Source of the DNA: Candidatus Heimdallarchaeota archaeon
GTDB taxonomy: Archaea; Asgardarchaeota; Heimdallarchaeia; Heimdallarchaeales; Heimdallarchaeaceae
NCBI GenBank assembly: GCA_019057375.1
Contig: DXJF01000035.1
Coordinates: forward strand, 1 to 64,000
Length of the DNA stretch: 64,000 bases
Direction: 5' to 3'
The position numbers and the translations under genes are program-made. The first letter of the stretch is position 1. Every line of letters begins with the position of its first letter. Positions 29,047-39,165 of this stretch are shown here, piece after piece. Under the pieces are notes generated by a model. It saw only the letters and a list, made by a program, of their open reading frames with translations, had not been told where the DNA came from and did no database searches.

Positions 29047-29772
29047 GTGGGTTTAAGAGATATAGAAAAAAAGATTAAAATTAAGTCAGCTTTTCAAGTA
29101 AAAGCGGCAGAGCTAATGATTAAAGAATTAGAACAGATGGTAAATAATATTAGCGAAGTCAAAAAACAACTGAAAAAGTTTGAGAAAAAATACGGTGATA
29201 AAATCTCTGAAAACAAAGATTATTATGATAAATTAGCAAATCTGAGAGAAGAATTAGGATTACCCACCGAAATTGGACGTTTTGACTGGAAAGAAACTCC
29301 AACTCTCAAAGATAAACTTACTGGAAAGGGCTTCTTTGACGTATTAGCTAATGAAATTCTTGAAATAGGGCAACAGATGATATCAGAAAACGGTGGAATT
29401 ATGGCCATCGGAGAACTATTCACACAGCTAAATAAAACTCGTCCTGGGAGGATGGTTTCAATTGATGATATGTATCGATCCTTGGAGAAATTAATCAATA
29501 CTCAATTAATACCACCATATAGAGTGTTAGATTCAGGATTGAAGATTGTTGAATTTGTTCCTGTTGAGTTTAGTCTAGACCATGATGTTATTCTAAATTA
29601 TGCTTCCAGAGTTGGTTTTGTTACAAAGGAAGATTTACTCATGAGAACAAGTTGGACTGAAGAACGAATAGATAGAAGTTTAAAATTCTTTGAAGAAAAT
29701 AGCATAGCTCGAGTTGACCGAAGCTATTCTGAAGGAGTAAAATACTGGTTCCCCGGTCTAATGGGATTATAG
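29047..29772 (+). CDS. vps22: ESCRT-II Vps22/EAP30 (Vps22/36-like)
   Basis: MGL N-terminus, FF..LA.EILE, NGGIM, S.DD...SLEKL, tandem winged helices, YWFP end. Confidence 0.92.
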   Translation: MGLRDIEKKIKIKSAFQVKAAELMIKELEQMVNNISEVKKQLKKFEKKYGDKISENKDYYDKLANLREELGLPTEIGRFDWKETPTLKDKLTGKGFFDVLANEILEIGQQMISENGGIMAIGELFTQLNKTRPGRMVSIDDMYRSLEKLINTQLIPPYRVLDSGLKIVEFVPVEFSLDHDVILNYASRVGFVTKEDLLMRTSWTEERIDRSLKFFEENSIARVDRSYSEGVKYWFPGLMGL

Positions 29773-29788
29773 TTATAGAAAAGGTCAA

Positions 29789-30565
29789 TTAAAACACTTT
29801 ATCAGCTTCAAACTGAATTATTGTTTTTTCTTTGTTTAACCAACGAGCAACTTTACGTTCTATTAGCATTTCACATACAATAATAAGATCATCGGCTGGT
29901 AAATCCCCCCATTTTTGGTCCATTTGAGTTAAATCGTAAAGCGAGTGTACTTCAACCACCCTTCCAGTATCTATCATGAAGTCTAATAATGAATCCGCCC
30001 ATTCTTCATTTGATTTCCAATAAATACGAGCTCTTGTTTTTGTTTCTTCATCTAGCCAACGAGCAATATTCTGATGAACCAAATGATCAATGATACTTCT
30101 TACTTGTCCAAGTGTTAATCTTTTACCTAATTTCTTGTTATTGAAGGGGTGAACACTTCTCAAGTCATTAATGTTAAATATATGAATAACAAAAATACGT
30201 GAGTAATCTAATACTATAGCAGACCAACTCTGGAGCCATGATTCAACTTGATCAGATTTCTTAGGTTTGATATACATCCATGGCCTTTTTACCCATTCTG
30301 GAAGTTCTTCCTCAAATTCTAATTCAAGCATAGCCCTTTGATCTTTAGAGAGATCTTCTTTTACAAAAATAGCATCAACAGGCAGAGTAGCTTTTAATTC
30401 TTCAGCTGTAATCTCCAAACCTTTAATACTAGCTTCAATTAGTTTTAATTTCTCATCTGAAATCTCTTTTTCATCTTTTAATTTTTTTAAATCTATTTCA
30501 GATGATTTCTCCTTCTTAGGCTTCTTCTTCTCAGTGGTGGACATGGATTTAACCTCTAAAATCAT
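29789..30565 (-). CDS. vps25: ESCRT-II Vps25 with charged N-terminal extension
   Basis: P.W..P.MY, W..W..IVLDY, PF.NKKL.KRL, IYWKS.EEWA. Confidence 0.88.
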   Translation of the reverse strand: MILEVKSMSTTEKKKPKKEKSSEIDLKKLKDEKEISDEKLKLIEASIKGLEITAEELKATLPVDAIFVKEDLSKDQRAMLELEFEEELPEWVKRPWMYIKPKKSDQVESWLQSWSAIVLDYSRIFVIHIFNINDLRSVHPFNNKKLGKRLTLGQVRSIIDHLVHQNIARWLDEETKTRARIYWKSNEEWADSLLDFMIDTGRVVEVHSLYDLTQMDQKWGDLPADDLIIVCEMLIERKVARWLNKEKTIIQFEADKVF

Positions 30566-31716
30566 GTGCTGCCGAATTCTTCATTCCAGTTATCGTATTT
30601 TTCCATTTCATCATCACTTACAGAGGGGTTGATTGATTCAATTGCTTCAAGAAAATCACCTTGAGTTACTGCCCGGGCAGCAACTGAAGTATCTTCAATA
30701 GCTCCAGCCATATCAAGTTCTCTGATTGGAGTCATGATTGCTTCTCTACACACCATTGCAATATCAGAACCTGAATAACCTTCTGTAATTTCTGCTAGAA
30801 CTTCGAAATCAGCATCTTCAGCTAGTTCAACACCCTTGGTATTGAAAAGAAAAATAGCTGAACGAGCTGGTAAATCTGGTAAAGGAATGTAAATTCTTCT
30901 CTCGAATCTTCTTCTGAATGCTCCGTCTATAGATTCAGGCATATTGGTAGCACCTACAGTAACTATTCTGTCAGTTTCGGAACTCGATAGTCCGTCCATT
31001 GATGTTAAGAGCTCAGTTTTAACTCTACGCATTGCATCATGTTCTCCACCTCTGGCGCCGGCTAAAGCATCAACTTCATCAATAAAAATAATACTGGGTT
31101 GTTTTTCATCTGCTAATTCAAAAAGCTGTTTAACCAATTTCTCCGATTCACCAAGCCATTTTGAAATGATTGAGGATGCACTAACGTTGAAGAAAGTTGC
31201 TTCTACTTCAGCTGCTGTTGCTTTTGCTAAAAGAGTTTTACCACAACCAGGAGGACCAAAAAGCAAAATACCTTTCCAAGGTTTTCTTGCTCCAGAGAAT
31301 AAATCAGGTCTCATCAGAGGTAAAACAATAGCTTCTCTCAAGGTTTGCTTTGCGGTTTCTAAACCTGCTATATCTTCTAAAGTAATATTTGGTTTCTCTG
31401 TAACGATTATATCAGATATAGCATTTTCTAGTTTTTCTTCCTCATCATCACTTCCTGCAGTGGATTTCCTTTCTTTTCTCTTCTCTAAAAGATCCCTTAA
31501 TTCCTTTGCTCTACTAATGTACATATTGGCTTTCTTCTTAAGAGAACGAGCAACTTGAGGGTTTCTTTCAAATTTTATGGCTTTCATTAAAGCTTCAGCA
31601 GCATCTAAATAGTGTGGAATAGCTTCGCTATAGTTTTTTTCTTTATCAAAGGAATAGGCTTTGACTGCAAAATCTCTTGCATGATCTATTAATCCCTGAG
31701 CAGACACGTGATTCAC
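30562..31716 (-). CDS. vps4: Vps4 AAA ATPase with MIT domain
   Basis: MIT helix pattern (A...D...Y.EAI..Y..A), GPPGCGKT, SKWLGESEK, IFIDEVD, RRFERRI. Confidence 0.96.
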   Translation of the reverse strand: MNHVSAQGLIDHARDFAVKAYSFDKEKNYSEAIPHYLDAAEALMKAIKFERNPQVARSLKKKANMYISRAKELRDLLEKRKERKSTAGSDDEEEKLENAISDIIVTEKPNITLEDIAGLETAKQTLREAIVLPLMRPDLFSGARKPWKGILLFGPPGCGKTLLAKATAAEVEATFFNVSASSIISKWLGESEKLVKQLFELADEKQPSIIFIDEVDALAGARGGEHDAMRRVKTELLTSMDGLSSSETDRIVTVGATNMPESIDGAFRRRFERRIYIPLPDLPARSAIFLFNTKGVELAEDADFEVLAEITEGYSGSDIAMVCREAIMTPIRELDMAGAIEDTSVAARAVTQGDFLEAIESINPSVSDDEMEKYDNWNEEFGST

Positions 31717-31841
31717 AACCTCTATCTATTTATTCCATTTATCTAATATAAAATGTTTCATTTTGTTTCATACCAAATTGATAAATTTCATTGTACGGAT
31801 TGTAAGAACTAACAAAAATAAAAATACAAAAAGAGGAAGAA

Positions 31842-32498
31842 CTAATTATCTTCACTCATTTTCTTCTTTAATCCCTCAAGCTCATCTTCAAGCTCTGATG
31901 TATCTTCTTCTTTGTCACCAGGAGTTCCAACAGGAGTTGAAGGAAGACCACTAACATCAGGTAAACTTGTTGTTGTACCTAAATCCATCTCAGCTTCCAA
32001 TTGAGCTAACTGCTCATCAATAGCCGCATCATCTTCAAAATCTAGAATGCCTTCAGATAAGCTTGGATCAGATAGAGCTTCGGTCATCATTTCAATTTGA
32101 TCTCTCTGTTCCATTACAGAATCCATAACATGTTCTGTTCTCTCAGGAGAAACGCTTTTGATTTTCTCTCCAACAACTTTAGTACCAAGTTCCATAGCTT
32201 TTACAGTCTCTGCTGTTGAAGTAGCTGTTTGTATGCTATCTATCTGAGCTTGTAGATTCATTCCTGTGTTATGAACTGTGTTCAGCCTTTTCATGAAAAC
32301 TGCTCTTCTTTTTAGAGCTTGTCTTGCTCCAGCTTTATTACCAGCTTTGAGCATCTTTGAGGCTAAGATTTTCTGTTCATCTGATTGTCTTTCAAGATTT
32401 CTAGCTTCTGCTTGTAATCTGTTTTGCTGTCCTTTGAGAGTAGATAATGCATCAGCATCTTCTTTTCTCTTTTTTCCAAAAAGCCAATTCTTAACCAT
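31842..32498 (-). CDS. ESCRT-III Snf7/Vps20/32/60-type
   Basis: WLFGKK N-terminus, A.QALKRR, D.D.QLAQLE, LPDV..TP proline-rich region, acidic terminal helix. Confidence 0.92.
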   Translation of the reverse strand: MVKNWLFGKKRKEDADALSTLKGQQNRLQAEARNLERQSDEQKILASKMLKAGNKAGARQALKRRAVFMKRLNTVHNTGMNLQAQIDSIQTATSTAETVKAMELGTKVVGEKIKSVSPERTEHVMDSVMEQRDQIEMMTEALSDPSLSEGILDFEDDAAIDEQLAQLEAEMDLGTTTSLPDVSGLPSTPVGTPGDKEEDTSELEDELEGLKKKMSEDN

Positions 32499-32511
32499 TT
32501 TTATTCACCTT

Positions 32512-33126
32512 TTAATCCTCTTCTCTTCTTCTTAATTTCTGGATTTCATCCTCTAAATCATCTGTTTGCACTACACCAACAGTTGGTAATCCAGCTTGAG
32601 TGGAAACACCTAATTCAGCAGCTGTTTGTTCAATTAATCTATCGACTTCAGCTGGATCTGTATCAGCTACCAGTAAATCGTCAATACCATCTTCAATGGT
32701 TCCTGTTGACTCTTCGATTCCATCAATAGAACTTTCCATATCTTGAATAACTCGATCTAAATCTGGAATCTGTAATTGAGCATTTGCGGTTCGTAAAGCA
32801 GAAGCAATACCATGCATTTCTTCAGCCATACTTGCTGCAGTATCAGATCGTTCTAATTTAAAGATAAGACCATTCATACGCGAAACTAACTTTTGATAAC
32901 CAAATTCCCATCTTCTATTGCGTACAATATCAGTAGCAAATAATCTTGCAGATTCCAAATCTCCACGTTGGATGTTTTGTTTCATTTTCAACTGCATCTT
33001 GGATTCATCTCGTGAAAGTTTCCTTTGTGCTCTTTCTAATCTTCTTACAGTTAATCGAAGATTAATTATATGATCACGAGGACTCTTTTTTGTACCCAAA
33101 AGCCAACCCATAAAGTCACGGAACAT
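32512..33126 (-). CDS. ESCRT-III Vps2/24/46-type
   Basis: LR...RRLER, GD..SARLFA.DIVR, EVDRLIEQTAAELG, MIM1-like DLEDEIQKLRR end. Confidence 0.92.
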   Translation of the reverse strand: MFRDFMGWLLGTKKSPRDHIINLRLTVRRLERAQRKLSRDESKMQLKMKQNIQRGDLESARLFATDIVRNRRWEFGYQKLVSRMNGLIFKLERSDTAASMAEEMHGIASALRTANAQLQIPDLDRVIQDMESSIDGIEESTGTIEDGIDDLLVADTDPAEVDRLIEQTAAELGVSTQAGLPTVGVVQTDDLEDEIQKLRRREED

Positions 33127-33287
33127 CTAAATCACTGCTTTCAATTATAGTATATTGATATTTAAGCTTTCGTGGTTATTATATGTATTGTTTCATAATT
33201 TAATTTAACTCAAAATGTGATTTGCTGTCTTTCCGAAATTTTTAAATTGACCTACGGTAACTGACCTTATAAAATAGGTGTAATTAT

Positions 33288-33587
33288 ATGCGTTTTCAGA
33301 AGAAATCTAAAAGAAATTTTGCATTATTGACAATAATAACAAGTTTAGTGATTCTTGCTTCAGAAACAGCTTTGGCTCAAACTGCAGATTTAACACCACT
33401 CGGTGCAGCTCTAGCAGTTGGTATAGCCGGAGGTGCTGCCGCTATAGCAATGGGGATGGCAGGAAGTGCAGCCATAGGTGCTATTGTGGAAAAACCTGAA
33501 GTATTCGGAAAAGCTTTTCTCTTCATAGTGTTGATTGAAGCTGTGGCTATTTATGGTCTACTAGTAGCTATTCTACTTGTATTCTAA
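33288..33587 (+). CDS. atpK: A/V-type ATP synthase proteolipid subunit K/c with N-terminal leader
   Basis: GAALAVGIAG, EKPEVFGK, IEAVAIYGL (ion-binding Glu). Confidence 0.93.
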   Translation: MRFQKKSKRNFALLTIITSLVILASETALAQTADLTPLGAALAVGIAGGAAAIAMGMAGSAAIGAIVEKPEVFGKAFLFIVLIEAVAIYGLLVAILLVF

Positions 33588-33621
33588 TTCCCTTTCTTTA
33601 CTATCCTTTTTTGTGATTATT

Positions 33622-33993
33622 ATGGCAGAGAATACTAAAAATCTAAAATCACCAGCTGGAATCAAACTAGCATCTTTGAAGGATTTGGTCAGATTAGTCA
33701 TATCCAGTGTTGGACCAGACCGAATTGCAGGATATGTTGGTCATTTTGAGGAAGTCGATAGGGCAATATATTTCGTTTTTAACACAAGTCTAGGATATTA
33801 CGAACTTAATGCACTTCCAATAATTGTGTGGACTGATGAAGAAGAAATGCCTACAAAGTCATTCATAAGATATAAAACAGCAACAAATGAAACAATTGAA
33901 TTCTCTAATGATGCAACAGATCCTAAATGGTTAAGCATCCCCATTGTAAAATTTGTGATAATGCCTGAATTTCTTAAAGTATGGAAGAATTAG
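33622..33993 (+). CDS. Hypothetical protein (archaeal)
   Basis: Probable start MAENTK at 33622; IKLASLKDLVRL N-terminus; no function assignable. Confidence 0.6.
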   Translation: MAENTKNLKSPAGIKLASLKDLVRLVISSVGPDRIAGYVGHFEEVDRAIYFVFNTSLGYYELNALPIIVWTDEEEMPTKSFIRYKTATNETIEFSNDATDPKWLSIPIVKFVIMPEFLKVWKN

Positions 33994-34016
33994 AGGATAA
34001 GAACCATATTAAATTC

Positions 34017-35492
34017 TCAAAGTTCCCACATGTCATCAAATTCTTCACTTTTTCTTTGGATATCATCTAAATGTCGTTTGAGCCTATGATGTTCGCTGGT
34101 TAGTTTTCTTAATAATCCATCTATACCTTTGGTACCTCGAGATCCATGCCTTCTGGTTTCATTTAATCGATGTATCTTTCGTTCTACAGCTAGTAGTTGC
34201 TCAAACAGTTTCTTGAATCTCGCATCTTGTCCTTCTCTCCAGTATAATTCACGTTTTAATTCACGTTTGTTAAGCAAATAGGCACGAAGGTGACTTACAT
34301 TTCTTTGTATGTTGGTTTTTAATTCATTAATGGTGAGTGAATAGTACTTGAGGTCTTCAATTATTGAGGATTTATGAATTGAATAATCGATGTAATTTTC
34401 GATGATTTCAAAATAAATCATAAATTGTTCAAGACTCTCATTTCTTCCAAGAAACGAATATGAATCTAATCTGGTTTTGAAGCGAAACATGTTGCGAGCT
34501 AATAATCTGGAAACATATTGCTTGTTTATAATATACGACAAGCTTATAGTCTCTTTTGTTTTTAACCTAACATTAAACAGACCCTTTTCTCGGAGTAAGT
34601 ATAAATTTTTACTAGTCAGAACAACAAGATATTTCTTTGGGAATTTACTATTCTTCTTTAGCCAAATCCGTGGAAGAATAGAAATTAGATGTTCTTCTTT
34701 GTCTTCAGGTAGAAGATGATGAATCTTACTTAATAAACGAAATTGAAAACCAAGAAAATCTACTTTTTGATTAAGGGTTTGGAAATCTTCATTCATCTCA
34801 TTAAACTTTGACTTTATGGTTGTATCAAGTAAATCTAATCGATTTTGAAGTAAATTAAGGATTTCTTCCCCTCTTTCTATGTTATCCACGTTTGTAAATC
34901 TCATATAACCGATTGCACGTAGTTTCTCATCAACCATTGCAAAAGTATCATTTTCAAATTTAACAAGTTGATCAATGAATATTGAAATTTTACTTCTAAG
35001 TAAAGTAATTTCATCTTCCACATCTCCAAAAAGCATAATTTTCGCTTTTCTCATTTCAAAGACGTTCTTAACAATTTCAAGATATTTCTGAGTAAGATCC
35101 CACACTTGAGCAAGCTTCTTGTTCAACAGAGTAAATGAAGAAAATATCAGATGTGGAAGTTGTTGATGATAAAGAAGTCCATCTTCAACATCTATTGATT
35201 TACACCATTCACAGCTATTAGTAGGCTCATTTCTGGAAAATTCTGTAGCTGAGCCACACTTTTGACATTTTGAGTCAAGGCTCTCAGTTTCACAGGTTGA
35301 GCAGAAGTATACTGTATTTGAAATATGAATATGTTCAGTACAAAGTTTTCTCTTACATGATTTACAATAGTATTGTGCTGGACCACTACAAAAGCTACAA
35401 CTAGATATTGCCGGCAAACATAACACCCAGTATTTAGTAGAAATTGATAATTCTGTTTTATTTATAGATGTAATATCTGGGAAATAGTGCAT
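34017..35492 (-). CDS. Multi-zinc-finger (B-box-like) / coiled-coil / PH-like protein
   Basis: Cx2Cx7Cx2Cx4Cx2H plus three further CxxC; long heptad regions; LVVLTSKNLYLL beta-rich segment. Confidence 0.7.
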   Translation of the reverse strand: MHYFPDITSINKTELSISTKYWVLCLPAISSCSFCSGPAQYYCKSCKRKLCTEHIHISNTVYFCSTCETESLDSKCQKCGSATEFSRNEPTNSCEWCKSIDVEDGLLYHQQLPHLIFSSFTLLNKKLAQVWDLTQKYLEIVKNVFEMRKAKIMLFGDVEDEITLLRSKISIFIDQLVKFENDTFAMVDEKLRAIGYMRFTNVDNIERGEEILNLLQNRLDLLDTTIKSKFNEMNEDFQTLNQKVDFLGFQFRLLSKIHHLLPEDKEEHLISILPRIWLKKNSKFPKKYLVVLTSKNLYLLREKGLFNVRLKTKETISLSYIINKQYVSRLLARNMFRFKTRLDSYSFLGRNESLEQFMIYFEIIENYIDYSIHKSSIIEDLKYYSLTINELKTNIQRNVSHLRAYLLNKRELKRELYWREGQDARFKKLFEQLLAVERKIHRLNETRRHGSRGTKGIDGLLRKLTSEHHRLKRHLDDIQRKSEEFDDMWEL

Positions 35493-35589
35493 AACTAGAT
35501 TGAATCATTTTGAATGTGTCTATTCGATAAGTTCAAACCAATAATTTTATTTTTTCAAAGATTCCTTAAAATAATAGAGGATATCCAAA

Positions 35590-36795
35590 ATGAAAATATC
35601 AGACCGTACAGCAGGTTTTAGTTATGCAATTAGAGATGTAATTGTTGCAGCAAATGAAGTTGAAGCTAAAGGGCATAAGATCATTAAACTTAACATTGGG
35701 GACCCAATAAAATATGGTTTTAAAACTCCTAAAATTTTGACAGAACCACTTCGTTATGTCGAAGAGGAAAATTATAATTATTATGCAGATTCTCGGGGAA
35801 TTCTAGAATTTAGAGAAGCAATTGCTGACTATGAAAACAGAAAATATGACGTTGGGGTGACAGCTGATGAAGTAATAGCAACAGCTGGAGTATCTGAAGG
35901 TATTCAAATGACTCTGATGTCATTCACTAACCCTGGAGATAGGATACTAATTCCAGGCATTCATTACCCCAGTTACTCTGGTAACGGCACTATATTTGGA
36001 AATGATATGCAATATTACAAGACAGTTGTTGAAGATAATTATTATCCGGATCCCGATCACATACGATCCCTAATGAACAACAGAACAAAACTAGTATTTC
36101 TTAATACACCAAATAATCCCACAGGTTCAGTATATCCTGAAAAAATACTGAAAGAGATAGTAGACATAGTTGGCGAATACGATGCATGTATTGTTTCAGA
36201 TGAAACATATGACTTACTTGTTCTGGATGAAGGTCTGAAACATACTGCAACGGCTGAAGTAGCAAAAGACGTTCCAGTGATAGCTTACAATGGCTTCAGT
36301 AAAGTTTTCCTTGCACCAGGATGGCGTTTAGGATATGCATATATTCATGATCCCCTGGGAACAATAGAAGAACCATGGGATGGATTGAACAAACTAACAA
36401 GACTTAGACTATGTGCTTCAACACCTTTGCAAAAAGCAGGAGCTGAAGCTCTAAGACAAGATCAGAGCTCTTATCTTCCAGAAACTATTAAAATACTAAA
36501 AGAAAGAAGAGATTTAATTTACAATAGACTTTCAGAAATGGATGGAATTGTTGTAAACAAACCAGAAGCAGCATTTTATATCTTTTCTATGATATCAATG
36601 GACCAGTTCAAATGGAAAAATGATAAAGAGTTTGTCTTTGACTATCTTAGAAAGAAACACATTTTAACAGTATTTGGATCAGGATTTGGTCCTTTTGGAA
36701 ATGATGGATTCAGAATGGTTTATTTACCAACTCTTGAAGAAATAGACATTGCAATGAATAGATTAGAAGAGTTACTAAGAGAGAATAGAATCTGA
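35590..36795 (+). CDS. Class I/II PLP aminotransferase (alanine aminotransferase-like)
   Basis: YAIRDV, LNIGDP, NTPNNPTG, SDETYD, FSKVFLAPGWRLG. Confidence 0.92.
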   Translation: MKISDRTAGFSYAIRDVIVAANEVEAKGHKIIKLNIGDPIKYGFKTPKILTEPLRYVEEENYNYYADSRGILEFREAIADYENRKYDVGVTADEVIATAGVSEGIQMTLMSFTNPGDRILIPGIHYPSYSGNGTIFGNDMQYYKTVVEDNYYPDPDHIRSLMNNRTKLVFLNTPNNPTGSVYPEKILKEIVDIVGEYDACIVSDETYDLLVLDEGLKHTATAEVAKDVPVIAYNGFSKVFLAPGWRLGYAYIHDPLGTIEEPWDGLNKLTRLRLCASTPLQKAGAEALRQDQSSYLPETIKILKERRDLIYNRLSEMDGIVVNKPEAAFYIFSMISMDQFKWKNDKEFVFDYLRKKHILTVFGSGFGPFGNDGFRMVYLPTLEEIDIAMNRLEELLRENRI

Positions 36796-37758
36796 TTCAT
36801 CTTCTTCTTTCTCTTTTCTTCTAAATTTTTTTATTCTTATATATTGAGAAACCGACGTTAATACGATTCCTGCAAGGATAATTAATGCAAATAAGATGGT
36901 TATTAATTCTGGTGTTTGAGTTAGGGGGAAAATTAAAACACCTAGTATAGTAGCACCAATTGGCTCTCCCAAAATTGCTACACCTACAACAAAAGCAGGT
37001 AGTCTTTTTAAAGTATAATTGTAAGTAGCGTGACCAATTAAAGAGGGCCCCAGGGCAGACACAATAAAGAGAAGATAAACAATTGCAGAATATCTAAACA
37101 ATTCATATCCTTCAAGTAAATTATAAAATAAGAGAAAGATTGCGGATGCAAGGTTTACTAGAGCAAAATATGGCCACAAAGGTGAATCCTGGAGAATTTT
37201 CTTACCTATTAGAAAATAAAATGTTACAGTTAAAGCTCCAATTAGAGAGAACATAATTCCCAAAAGTAAATTTCTATTTTCAGCTATTGGAGAAGAAAAT
37301 GCAAGGAGCGCACCACCTGTAAAAGCAATACCTATACCCACGACTCCTATCGCATTTATTTTTTCCTTGAAAAAAATAAAACCAAAAATGGCAAGGAAAA
37401 TTGGAACTGCATCTACCAAAGTTGTAGATATAGCTACGTTAACATATTCCAAAGAAATAAACCAAGTAGCAAAGTGTACCGCAAGTAATAATCCAGAAAG
37501 AACAATCCAATGATATCTTTTAATGGTAGTTTTTTCACCAATCCATTTTATTCTTTTCTTGTAAAGAGAGAGTATTAAAGCGCCAATACCTGCAAAAAAA
37601 GTTCTATACATAGCTGTAACAGCAGGAGGAACTCCTCGATCAATTAGGTAAACAACAATGATTGCAGAGAATGAAACAGAAATAATTGCAATAAATAACT
37701 GCAAATACGGTAAAGACCTTTGATAAAAGGTCGTTTGTGTTTCTATTTCAAGCCCCAA
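36775..37758 (-). CDS. DMT/EamA family transporter
   Basis: Ten TM pattern, R...A, HFATWF.SL, EPIGATILG. Confidence 0.92.
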   Translation of the reverse strand: MGLEIETQTTFYQRSLPYLQLFIAIISVSFSAIIVVYLIDRGVPPAVTAMYRTFFAGIGALILSLYKKRIKWIGEKTTIKRYHWIVLSGLLLAVHFATWFISLEYVNVAISTTLVDAVPIFLAIFGFIFFKEKINAIGVVGIGIAFTGGALLAFSSPIAENRNLLLGIMFSLIGALTVTFYFLIGKKILQDSPLWPYFALVNLASAIFLLFYNLLEGYELFRYSAIVYLLFIVSALGPSLIGHATYNYTLKRLPAFVVGVAILGEPIGATILGVLIFPLTQTPELITILFALIILAGIVLTSVSQYIRIKKFRRKEKEEDESDSILS

Positions 37759-38977
37759 ATTTGCGCACCAGTCTCATTTCATTTAATGCAATACCCATAA
37801 TGTGTTTTCCTAATATATGGCCCAAGCTTCCATCTACTGCGTAACTTTCGCCAAACTTCTCTACCTTATCTCTTCTACAATCTGGTGAATAGATTAAAAT
37901 TGGTACTGGATCTGCAGAATGATCTTTAAAACTACAGGGGGTACTATGATCACCAGTTATCATTACAACAAGATCTCCTTCGAAGTTTTCAGGTAAAAAC
38001 CTATACAACTCCTTATCAACTCTTTCAATGAATTCAGTTTTTTCTTTATACTTCCCATCATGTGAATAATTATCAGTTCCCTTAACATGAGTAAAAACAA
38101 AACCATAATCATTTAGAGCGTTATGAGCGATTTCAAATTTTGCTGATAAATCTGTAGTTGTCCCCCCAGACATTCGAGAATCTTCAATTATATGCATACC
38201 TAACATTCTACCAACACCTTTGTATAATCCTCCACCGGCTACGCAAGCAGTTTCCAAGCAGTACTCCTCCTCAAAGTTGGGCAATTTTGGAACTTTACCT
38301 GCTCCTCGAATTAGCAAATAGTTTGCAGGAAGTAATCCTTCTTCAATCCTCTTTTCATTTAGTTCTGCATTATTTAATAACGTTCTAGCCTTCATAACAA
38401 AAGAAGTTAGAACTCTTGCAGTTTTTTCTGCTTCTGGTGACTCATCAAGGGGTTTGAATTCTAAAGGTTCTTTTCCTTCAACGTGAGGATCATTTTCTGA
38501 GACTTGGTCGGACAATCCTTCACCTCTTAAAATCAAAGCAGCCCTGTGTTCTGTCCCTGCTTCTAATAGGATTTCAATGCCATCAATTTCCATACCTTCA
38601 AAGAGTTTAGCTAGTTTATCAGTTCCTTCTCTAATTCTTCCAGCTCGTCTATCAGTAATTTCACCTTCTGAGTTTATAGTTGCAAAGTTTACTCTGAAAG
38701 CGATATCACCCTCCTTCACAACTAATCCGATTCCTGCAGCTTCAAAAGGACCTCTTCCTGTATAGTATTCATAAGGATCTACACCAAACAGTGCTAAATG
38801 GGCTGTATCGCTTCCTGGAGTAACCCCCGGTCCGATTACATGCAAAAGTCCATTCATCCCAAGTGATGCCAATTTATCCATATTCGGAGTCTTCGCATAT
38901 TCAAGAGGAGTTTGTCCTCCAAACTCTGAAATAGGACGGTCACCCAGACCATCCATTACAACAAACAACAATTTCAT
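37748..38977 (-). CDS. apgM: 2,3-bisphosphoglycerate-independent phosphoglycerate mutase (archaeal)
   Basis: DGLGDRP, TPLE.A.TPNMD, PGSDTAHL, GRGPFEA, HVKGTD..SHDG, TGDHSTP. Confidence 0.95.
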   Translation of the reverse strand: MKLLFVVMDGLGDRPISEFGGQTPLEYAKTPNMDKLASLGMNGLLHVIGPGVTPGSDTAHLALFGVDPYEYYTGRGPFEAAGIGLVVKEGDIAFRVNFATINSEGEITDRRAGRIREGTDKLAKLFEGMEIDGIEILLEAGTEHRAALILRGEGLSDQVSENDPHVEGKEPLEFKPLDESPEAEKTARVLTSFVMKARTLLNNAELNEKRIEEGLLPANYLLIRGAGKVPKLPNFEEEYCLETACVAGGGLYKGVGRMLGMHIIEDSRMSGGTTTDLSAKFEIAHNALNDYGFVFTHVKGTDNYSHDGKYKEKTEFIERVDKELYRFLPENFEGDLVVMITGDHSTPCSFKDHSADPVPILIYSPDCRRDKVEKFGESYAVDGSLGHILGKHIMGIALNEMRLVRKFGA

Positions 38978-39165
38978 GTTAAAGTTGATTTTCTTCCATA
39001 ATAAAAATGTTTATCCCAAACCAATTTTTACCATAGGTAATTCTTTCCATTAAATCATAATATAGTTATTATGTTGTTATTCCAACTCTTCTCTCTGCGC
39101 ACTTTGGATAACTTTAATAGTAATTGTATTGTACAAAATAAAGTAGAGGAAATTGGTGTTAAAAA

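Noticed and set aside
30944-31558. 204-aa plus-strand ORF and similar overlapping ORFs (15365-15991, 23705-24163, 46166-46789)
   Set aside because: Antisense or alternate-frame shadows of well-supported genes
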